A DNA stretch of 64,000 bases from an uncultured Acidobacteriota bacterium (GTDB lineage: Bacteria; Acidobacteriota; Blastocatellia; RBC074). Both the position numbers and the translations under genes were made by a program. Location of the stretch: positions 736,001 through 800,000 of the forward strand of contig CAWCKY010000007.1 in NCBI GenBank assembly GCA_963796275.1. Reading direction: 5' to 3'. The notes under the pieces are model-generated. The model worked only from the letters and a program-made list of their open reading frames with translations, made no database searches and had not been told where the DNA came from. This document shows positions 39,918 to 47,515 of this stretch, piece after piece (the first letter of the stretch is position 1; each line of letters starts with the position of its first letter).

Positions 39918-40895
39918 ATGAAAAGCAAAATCGATAAGTTGTCTTTGCTGTTATTTGTTATGTTGATATCAGTCCTGATTTCAGCTTGTGCCCCACCGAC
40001 TGCAAAGATCAAAGTTTCAAGAAGCGAGATCAAAGCTGGCGAGCCGGTTAACGTCAGCTGGGAAACTAAGAATGCGAAATCTATCGAACTAAACGGCCAG
40101 ACCGTCGATAAGATCGGTTCTAAGACCTTTACCCCGGGCGACACTACCAACTATGAGATCGTCGCCAGGCGCGGCAAGAAATTGGCGCGTGACCGCACGG
40201 TCGTTAGAGTCGAGATAATCAAACCGCCGGCACCGACGGCCAGGCTCACGGCAGAGCCGGACGCCATCGAGCGCGGGAAGATCACGAAGTTGAAATGGTC
40301 GACCGAAAACGCCAAGATCATCACGATCGAAGGGCTCGGTGAAGTACCCTCCACAGGCGAGCGCGAAGTCAGCCCGCGCGTTTCAACCACTTATACTCTG
40401 AGCGGAGTTGGCGATGGCGGGAGCGCGAGCGCCAGCGCACGCGTTACCGTGATCGATCCTCCTCCTCCTCCGGTAGCTGAACGGCCGCGGGTGACCGATC
40501 CAGGACCCTCGATCGCCGACCAGTTCAAGAGCATCATGGCGTCGGTATTCTTCGACTACGATAGCTTCGAGTTGAAGACGACGGAAGAAGCTAAATTGCG
40601 GCGGATGTCTGATTGGCTTAACCAGGACAAAAATCGTACTATCGTTTTCATGATCGAAGGCAACTGTGATCCGCGAGGAACGGCGGAGTATAATATTGGT
40701 CTGGGCGATCGCCGGGCGCGGACCGTCAAGGATTTTCTGGGAAGCCTCGGCGTCGATCCGAACCGTATCGATACGATAAGCTACGGTTTGGAGAGAGCGA
40801 AAGGTTCTGATGAGGGCTCTTCCGATATCGTACCTTCGTGGGCAAACGACCGGAGGGATGATTTCGTCTATAAGAGCGGCGGGGTCAAACCCTAA
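39918..40895 (+). CDS. pal: Pal-like lipoprotein with two N-terminal Ig-like repeats and a C-terminal OmpA domain
   Basis: Lipobox ISAC; VFFDYD and EGNCDPRGTAEYNIGLGDRRA motifs. Confidence 0.85.
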   Translation: MKSKIDKLSLLLFVMLISVLISACAPPTAKIKVSRSEIKAGEPVNVSWETKNAKSIELNGQTVDKIGSKTFTPGDTTNYEIVARRGKKLARDRTVVRVEIIKPPAPTARLTAEPDAIERGKITKLKWSTENAKIITIEGLGEVPSTGEREVSPRVSTTYTLSGVGDGGSASASARVTVIDPPPPPVAERPRVTDPGPSIADQFKSIMASVFFDYDSFELKTTEEAKLRRMSDWLNQDKNRTIVFMIEGNCDPRGTAEYNIGLGDRRARTVKDFLGSLGVDPNRIDTISYGLERAKGSDEGSSDIVPSWANDRRDDFVYKSGGVKP

Positions 40896-40908
40896 ATACC
40901 AGAATATT

Positions 40909-40992
40909 GGAGACAGCGGACAGAAGTCAGATAACAGAGGCTGGAAGGATCATTGATTACTTCTGACTTCTTTCTTCTGGCTTCTGTCTTCT
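40909..40992. repeat. Degenerate inverted heptamer hairpin (GACAGAA / TTCTG(A/G/T)C)
   Basis: gacagcggacagaagtcagataacagagg...cttctgacttctttcttctggcttctgtcttc. Confidence 0.7.
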
Positions 40993-41022
40993 TTATTCAC
41001 AATATATTTATTCACAACATAG

Positions 41023-41919
41023 TTGAAGAGTGAAAAAATGAACCGTAACTCAATGCAGCATCTGACTTTTTTCTTTACAATTCTCGTCATTGCTGTCTTT
41101 CCTTTGTCCGCAGCAGGGCAGAACAAAGAGACGCGCGAGAAGATCGATCAAATGGCAGTTCAGGTTGAGCAGCTCAAGACTGAGGTGATGTTACTTCAGC
41201 GTCAGGTGACAGCGATGCAGGAGACCTTCAACAAAACCAATGGTGAAATGAGTACTCTGATAGTGCAGATGAGCGATAATATCTCAGCCATTCGACGCGC
41301 ACAATCATCCGTTTCGACAAGCAGTACTGATACGGTGACGCAGGTTACCGCCATAGGCGAGCGGATGACTGCGACCAATCAGCGACTGGAGCGACTTTCT
41401 GAACAGTTCGCACAGCTCAAGAAGTTGATAGAAGATTTACCGAAACAACCCGTGATCGCCCAGATCACGCCGGGCAACCCGGAGCAGCTTTTCGCCGCAG
41501 CATATGGCGATTATTCGCGCGGCAATTATGATCTCGCTTTCTCTGAGTTCAAACAGTATGTCGAGACCTATCCCAGCTCGGAGCTGGCGGATAATGCGCA
41601 GTATTGGATTGGCGAGATACTCTACGGGCAGAAGAAATTGCCGGAAGCCGCGTTCGAGTTCGAGAAGGTTGCAGTTGTGAGCCCGAATGGAGATAAGACC
41701 CCGGTCGCTTTATATAAACGCGGGATGATCTTGATGGAACTTGGAAATAAAGATCAGGCAGTTGTGCAGTTTCAAGCCGTGATTAAGAACTATCCGAAAT
41801 CGAGCGAAGCCGAACTCGCCACGCAACAGGTACAGCAGATCGCGCCTGAACTTCTGACCCCGCCACAGCCGGTTCCGGAGAAGACTGCGCCAGCACGGAG
41901 AACAACTCGTAAGCCGTAA
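41023..41919 (+). CDS. cpoB: Tol-Pal system protein YbgF/CpoB
   Basis: Signal peptide, coiled coil and TPR domain (YPSSELADNAQYWIGE); follows pal. Confidence 0.88.
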   Translation: MKSEKMNRNSMQHLTFFFTILVIAVFPLSAAGQNKETREKIDQMAVQVEQLKTEVMLLQRQVTAMQETFNKTNGEMSTLIVQMSDNISAIRRAQSSVSTSSTDTVTQVTAIGERMTATNQRLERLSEQFAQLKKLIEDLPKQPVIAQITPGNPEQLFAAAYGDYSRGNYDLAFSEFKQYVETYPSSELADNAQYWIGEILYGQKKLPEAAFEFEKVAVVSPNGDKTPVALYKRGMILMELGNKDQAVVQFQAVIKNYPKSSEAELATQQVQQIAPELLTPPQPVPEKTAPARRTTRKP

Positions 41920-42216
41920 TGTATTGAGGTCTGTGCAATTTAATGTTGATTATTATCCAACAGTTTTCTGATTGGCTCCGGAAGAGCCTGAAGTAAATAC
42001 CAATCGATTTACCCATGTCTTACACGCTCCTATTAGGAGCGATTCCTCCGGAGCTTGTGAATCTGGGAGAACGAATATCCTATAAAAATCCATCGCCTCT
42101 GGCCCTCAGGATCGAAACGTTGATTTCAGAAGAACCCCTTATTTGCAGCATTTAATGTATTGTGAGAATCCGTGTATTGCGGGAGTCCGTTCGATATTCT
42201 CTGATTGAGGCGAATT

Positions 42217-42254
42217 TATTGGTAGGACAGATTTTGTAATCTGCCCTACCAATA
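42217..42254. repeat. GTAG-type REP-like palindrome
   Basis: tattggtaggacagat-tttgta-atctgccctaccaata: 16-bp stem with one mismatch. Confidence 0.6.
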
Positions 42255-42567
42255 GAAGGCGATCACAGAAAGCATTTCCGGCAAACCCTGGCCCGGGCCG
42301 GCGTTGCCTATCTGTGAAAGCCCTCCTCGCTGCCTGCCCACTCGCTATGCTTTATGCGCAGGCCGCTCTGCTGCGGGGGAGAAAACACAGCCAGAATATC
42401 AATCCAGCCACAACATCGGGGCACGCAACGGGGCACGGGGCAACGGGCAACGGGGCACGTGCCTGGATATGACATCTTTCTCTGATATTTCGTCTATTCG
42501 ATTATATAAGACGTGGAAAAATGGCTGTGGTACCAACTCTGCGAAAAAAATTTTGACTGGGCCTAAC

Positions 42568-44331
42568 TTACCAAACAACCTCAGCGATCCGCAGGTTGGC
42601 ATTCCTGCCCTTCAATCTTTCGGTCCCTAGAGGTTTGAGGATAAAGGACTCATCTAAAACCTGCATAGTGTTCTCACTGATAACTATCTGGCCTGGCTGA
42701 GCGAGGTTTTGCAAACGTGAGGTGGTATTGATTGTATCGCCGATGGCAGTGTAATCGAGGCGAGTTTCTGACCCGATATAACCGACGATCGCCTGGCCGG
42801 TGTTGATGCCGATCCCGACCGCAATACGCGGAAGGTTTTCGGCGAACTGCTTCTCATTAAACGTGACCATCGCCCGTTGTATCTCGATCGCGGCTCGGAC
42901 CGCCTGTACCGCATCCAATTCGCCCACATAAGGCGCGCCGAAGAGAGCCAACAGACCATCCCCTATATATTTATCGAGCGTACCGCCGTGACGGAAGATG
43001 ATCTCGCTGACCATGGAAAAATAGTGGTTGAGAAGATTGACTATCACTTCGGGCGTGCTGTTCTCCGAGAGCGAAGTGAAGTTGCGTATGTCGGCAAACA
43101 ATGCGGTGACCATCTGACGCACGCCGCCAAGTTTGATGGCATCGGGCGAGCGAAGTATATGATCGACTACCTGGCGCGGGAGGAATCGTTCGAAACTCGC
43201 ACGCGCCTGCGCCTGCTTCTGTAATCTTTCGTGGCTGACGACCGTGTTGATCGCGATGCCGGTGTGGACGGCGATGGCGTTGAGCAGGTCCAGATCGTCA
43301 GGTGAGAAAGGTTCATTGAGATCGAAGCGATCAGCGTAGATGAGGCCCAGGAGGCCGCGCGGCCCGATGATCGGGGCGGCCATGACTGATTGGACCTTGT
43401 TGGCCAGGATGCTCTTCGAGGACATCTCACCGCCCGCCCGTTGTGCTTCCTCGAGCAGGACGGAAACACGCTCGGCCATAACTTTAGTGAATATTGTTTG
43501 ACTGATTGGCAGCGGGGTGCCGACCTCTCCCGGACCGCGAGTCTTCGCGGCTACCTGTTCAAAATCGCCGATCTCGTTCTTGCGGTAGATAAAGCAACGC
43601 GTGGCGGGAGTCACTGACAGCAAAAATTCGAAAACCTGCTCGTAAATCTCTTCGAGCGTGTAGATGAGACTCAGCTTGTGGCTCAGCTCGAAAAAGAGCC
43701 GCAGGATGCGATCCTTCTTCTCTAATTCGTACCGATAGACTATCGGCGGCACATCCTGCGAGGCGGTGAAGTCGTTAAGCGAAGAGGGAGCTAGCATCTG
43801 GTCCGGAGTTTTTTGCATCACCTCGCGGAAAGAGTCCGGAGATTTTTGGATTACATCGCGAATTAGGTCCGGAGGCTTCGGTATAACATCGCGGTATTGG
43901 TCGGGAGATTTTGGTATTACATCGCGGAACGGGTCTGCTGTTTTTTGCAATACATCACGATATGACTCCGATGATTTCGGTATTACGCCGCGGAACGAAT
44001 CGGGAACTGTGTCGTTTAGGGGAAGTGCGCCTCTTTGATAAGTGAGAGAGCAGGAGCCCATCTTGATTTGATCGTTCTCGGCGAGCCTGAAATCGACGTT
44101 CGGTGGGATCCGGAACCCATTGACGAATGTCCCGTTGCCGCTTTCCAGGTCTCGCAAAACCACGCCGTCTTCGATCAAGCGCGCGAGCGCGTGCGTGCGC
44201 GAGACGCGCGGGTCGTCCAGGATCAAATCGTTCTTGAGCTCACGCCCGATGGAAACCTCAGGTTTACTGAGGTCGAAAATATAGTCTCTGCCTCCTGGAA
44301 TTTGAATGTATAGGCTCGGCATAGCAAACAA
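42568..44331 (-). CDS. Class III adenylate cyclase with FHA, tandem-repeat linker and GAF domains
   Basis: FHA: IGR...VSRTHA...DLESGNGTFVNG. GAF: SVMAAPI...GLIYAD. Cyclase: FADIRNFT, DKYIGDG, GIGINTG, YTAIGDTINTTSRLQ. Confidence 0.93.
   Translation of the reverse strand: MFAMPSLYIQIPGGRDYIFDLSKPEVSIGRELKNDLILDDPRVSRTHALARLIEDGVVLRDLESGNGTFVNGFRIPPNVDFRLAENDQIKMGSCSLTYQRGALPLNDTVPDSFRGVIPKSSESYRDVLQKTADPFRDVIPKSPDQYRDVIPKPPDLIRDVIQKSPDSFREVMQKTPDQMLAPSSLNDFTASQDVPPIVYRYELEKKDRILRLFFELSHKLSLIYTLEEIYEQVFEFLLSVTPATRCFIYRKNEIGDFEQVAAKTRGPGEVGTPLPISQTIFTKVMAERVSVLLEEAQRAGGEMSSKSILANKVQSVMAAPIIGPRGLLGLIYADRFDLNEPFSPDDLDLLNAIAVHTGIAINTVVSHERLQKQAQARASFERFLPRQVVDHILRSPDAIKLGGVRQMVTALFADIRNFTSLSENSTPEVIVNLLNHYFSMVSEIIFRHGGTLDKYIGDGLLALFGAPYVGELDAVQAVRAAIEIQRAMVTFNEKQFAENLPRIAVGIGINTGQAIVGYIGSETRLDYTAIGDTINTTSRLQNLAQPGQIVISENTMQVLDESFILKPLGTERLKGRNANLRIAEVVW
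43804..44001 (-). repeat. Six in-frame 33-bp (11-aa) tandem repeats within the cyclase
   Basis: DSFRGVIPKSS / ESYRDVLQKTA / DPFRDVIPKSP / DQYRDVIPKPP / DLIRDVIQKSP / DSFREVMQKTP. Confidence 0.9.
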
Positions 44332-44384
44332 TTAGGGGTGGATCTGTAAAAGCACTAATATAGAGCACAACTCGGTTCTGCGGG

Positions 44385-45143
44385 TCAAAATTTATATTCT
44401 CTTCCGACTTCAGCGACAACGATGCGGGGGTCTTTGAGTGCAGCAATTTCACGCGCGACTTGATCACGGTAAGCTGCCTTGAGATGGACAGCGAAAACTT
44501 GCACGTCCCGTCTGATCTTAGGCATTTCTTCGAGCAATGTCGAGGGTGAATGATGACAGGAGACGCGCGCGAGATCGGTCAATCTATCGGGGAATGATAG
44601 ATCGATAAAAACGGCGCGGAGCTTCTCGCAACCCCCGGCTATCTTCCAGATGCGATCGGTCGCCCCCGTGTCCGAGGTGAAGAGAAGCGCGGTCGTTTCA
44701 TCTTCAACCAGGAGACCGTGGGTCAGTACCGTATGACTGACGGGGATCGGGGTAATCTTCAAATCTTCCGTTATGAAATGCTCGCCGGACTTGATCGGGT
44801 GAAACGAAATCAATTCCGTGTGACCGTTCTTCAATGTATCGAGCGTGACCCATACGCGATGATTGAAGAGATGTTGTTGCACGGCATCGAGGTCCGATGC
44901 GGTTGCGTAGAGTTTTATGGGCTCGCGTATTTCGTCGAAGAGATCGGTGATGAAGAGCGGCAGAGAGAATATATGATCGAGATGAGCGTGGGTAAGAACG
45001 ACAGATCGTAAGCGGAGCTGCTCTTCAACGCTCATCCCAATGGCGATCGCGCCGGCGTCGATGGCCAGAGTGTCATTGATCAAATAGGTGGTCAGCAATT
45101 GATGCCGCCCATCCCGTGTGCTTGGTACGATTTTGAATCTCAC
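44385..45143 (-). CDS. Metallo-beta-lactamase-fold 3',5'-cyclic-nucleotide phosphodiesterase (class II-like)
   Basis: IDAG, THAHLDH, VSHTV, FTSDTG, SFP...SCHHSP and HLK motifs; adjacent to the cyclase. Confidence 0.82.
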   Translation of the reverse strand: MRFKIVPSTRDGRHQLLTTYLINDTLAIDAGAIAIGMSVEEQLRLRSVVLTHAHLDHIFSLPLFITDLFDEIREPIKLYATASDLDAVQQHLFNHRVWVTLDTLKNGHTELISFHPIKSGEHFITEDLKITPIPVSHTVLTHGLLVEDETTALLFTSDTGATDRIWKIAGGCEKLRAVFIDLSFPDRLTDLARVSCHHSPSTLLEEMPKIRRDVQVFAVHLKAAYRDQVAREIAALKDPRIVVAEVGREYKF

Positions 45144-45817
45144 TCTTTAAGCAGATCGCGGAATTTCGCAATAGTTTGGTTGGCAGGATTGATTCCTTCG
45201 AGTTGTTTGAGTGACTCGCGCGCCGCCGGTTTATCCCCTTTGTCGATCAAAGCCGCGGTCAGATTCTGAAGCGTCTTTTCGTGACGCGGATCGAATACGA
45301 GGGCCTTGCGATACTCCGCTATGGCCTTATCGAGATTGCGGCCCTTCCGCAATTGGAAAGTCAGCCCCAGGTCCATGCGGACAGTCGGGTCTTTCGGGTC
45401 GATTTTGAGCGCCGTCTCATACCAGCGCTCGGCCTCCTCGTATCGCTCCAGATCGAAGTTCGTATCGCCGAGTTTGACGAGGAGATTTAAATCCTTCGGC
45501 TTAATCTTATAGGCGTTGTTGTAATATTCCAGCGCCTGTTCGTGTCTATCGATCTGCCGGAAGAGTCCCGCCGCTTCGATCTGCGCTTCGAAATTCGATG
45601 GATCATTCTTCGCCAGGTCGATCGCGGCCATGACATCGGCTTGCGGGTTGCCCGATGATCCGCTGGCAGGCGGATGGTCGGCCGGCGCGCCGCCCGATCC
45701 GGTCTGCTTCGGAACTGTCGCGGTATTGGCGCGATTTATGTAATTGGTACCGATGTACCCGATTATCACGCCGCCCAGTATTCCGATTATCCCAATTAGT
45801 ATATTTTCTCTACTCAT
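45140..45817 (-). CDS. Membrane-anchored tetratricopeptide repeat protein
   Basis: N-terminal TM helix and several TPRs; GTGA overlap with the phosphodiesterase gene. Confidence 0.85.
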   Translation of the reverse strand: MSRENILIGIIGILGGVIIGYIGTNYINRANTATVPKQTGSGGAPADHPPASGSSGNPQADVMAAIDLAKNDPSNFEAQIEAAGLFRQIDRHEQALEYYNNAYKIKPKDLNLLVKLGDTNFDLERYEEAERWYETALKIDPKDPTVRMDLGLTFQLRKGRNLDKAIAEYRKALVFDPRHEKTLQNLTAALIDKGDKPAARESLKQLEGINPANQTIAKFRDLLKE

Positions 45818-46171
45818 CTCTTAATGTTCCACTGCTCTTACCATCTTGCACTTTGCAATAATGCTATAATATTATTCTTGAGTTGAAAATGGTTTACGTC
45901 ACGTTCTACCGAACGAGATACAGAATTCGAGATTTTCAACCCCAGATAGTTTTCGAGATCACAATTTAACTAAAATTAGAGGACAATTTTTGATGCCATC
46001 TTCAGCGCGGAGAGCCCCTACCGGCTCTGATTGGCGGATGGGAAAAGAAGAACAAGTAGAAATTCTACTCGCTATGATCAAAATTCTGGCGTGCAAAGAG
46101 CGCGCGAAAAAAAATACGGGCAAGCTGATCTCAGCACTATCTGAACGGTCGCTTGCCAGAAGGAGGTAGCG

Positions 46172-46438
46172 ATGAGCAAGCGACTGACCGACCGTGAAAG
46201 ACTCCTGTCCAAACTCGACCATCTCACTGACATTGAATTTGAAGAAGTGTTGGATTTCGTTGCGCGAATGGAGACAAAGAGCCGTGATCGCGGGCAACGC
46301 GATGTCCCCGACGATGATCTGCTCGCGACTCTCAGCTCCGCGCGTGAAAACCGCCGCGCGAGGCAGGTTTTTGAGTGGGAATCCGTGAGAAGAAGAGCCG
46401 AAGCGCGCGCAGGATCAAATAGTCATGCGCGACGATGA
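46172..46438 (+). CDS. Small hypothetical protein with a DUF2281-like N-terminal helix pair
   Basis: Strong AGGAGG SD; LLSKLDHL...EEVLDFV motif. Confidence 0.7.
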   Translation: MSKRLTDRERLLSKLDHLTDIEFEEVLDFVARMETKSRDRGQRDVPDDDLLATLSSARENRRARQVFEWESVRRRAEARAGSNSHARR

Positions 46439-47298
46439 GCGGCTCTCCCTCGCTGATTTGGGAATTTGAGAAGATGATGATAATGCGGGATGAGAGGCAG
46501 AGGCGAAGAATGGTATTCGCATTCATCTTCATCCTCTCTCTTGGTCTATCGACTAATGCTGCGGTTCAAGGGAACCAGGCCACCAGTCTTCAGGAACGAC
46601 TCGTAGCTGGATTGGCCGCTCAGAATGAGGAGCAACGAATGGAAGCTCTCGTCGATTTGAGCGCGCTCTTCAGGTCTGCTCCGGGGATAATCACCAATTC
46701 TACACTCATCGCTCTGAGTGAAACTTTGCAACACGATTCATCGCCGGTCGTTCGTGCGTTGGCGGCGCGCGCATTGGAACTGGGGGGCGATGAGGATGCG
46801 AGCGGACATCTCATCGCCGCTCTGGCTAAAGAGAAAGAGGTCGCCGTCCGAAAAGCGATAGCATATGCATTGGCTCATTACCCGTCGGCGCCGGTCACCC
46901 ATGCCTTTATCAAGCTCCTTAATAATAAGAAACAGGAGTTGCGAGCCGCCGCTTCTTATGGTCTGGCCGAGTCTGGCGATCCCCTGGCGCGCAAGCCGTT
47001 GATAGATTTTTTGCAGAAGCGCGATGATGATGAGGATTCATTCGCCAGGAGCCAGGCTGCACGCGGCCTGGGCAAGATCGCCAGCCGGGAGGCGATCGAA
47101 CCGCTACTCAGGGCGCTGACGCGAGACAAGTCGGGGGAAGTTCGACGCGAAGCGGCAGTAGCGCTCGGAAATATTGCAACTAAACAGGACTTGAATGTCA
47201 TCGACGCCCTTCGTGAGGCGACCATGTCATCAGACCCTTACCTCACTATCGCCGCCGACAACGCACTGTCAAACATCAATTCTCGATCATTGTTATAG
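46435..47298 (+). CDS. Exported HEAT-repeat protein
   Basis: Signal or TM segment, then repeated D....VR..AA.ALG units. Confidence 0.85.
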   Translation: MSGSPSLIWEFEKMMIMRDERQRRRMVFAFIFILSLGLSTNAAVQGNQATSLQERLVAGLAAQNEEQRMEALVDLSALFRSAPGIITNSTLIALSETLQHDSSPVVRALAARALELGGDEDASGHLIAALAKEKEVAVRKAIAYALAHYPSAPVTHAFIKLLNNKKQELRAAASYGLAESGDPLARKPLIDFLQKRDDDEDSFARSQAARGLGKIASREAIEPLLRALTRDKSGEVRREAAVALGNIATKQDLNVIDALREATMSSDPYLTIAADNALSNINSRSLL

Positions 47299-47515
47299 GG
47301 CAGGAGAGTTGCTCCCCCATATTCTCAAAAAGGCAAGGAAGACAAAAACTTACTGATTCTTTCCGTTGGTGTTTTTGGGCAAATCTAAGTGCTATTGCCC
47401 GGAATTTCTTTTAGTTCTGCCTGCCTTGACGCCTCGCAAGGTGCGTGGTACTTCTCAAGCGCCCCCTGGACCATCCGTCATCATAAGTTTTATTAAGTAA
47501 GAAGGAGAATGAGGC

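Noticed and set aside
41920-42200. tRNA gene downstream of cpoB, as often found after tol-pal
   Set aside because: No T-loop or cloverleaf is recognisable.
42568-45143. Pycsar/CBASS-like defence system
   Set aside because: The cyclase has adenine-specifying Lys/Thr plus FHA/GAF domains, there is no TIR or cNMP-binding effector, and the context is not a defence island.
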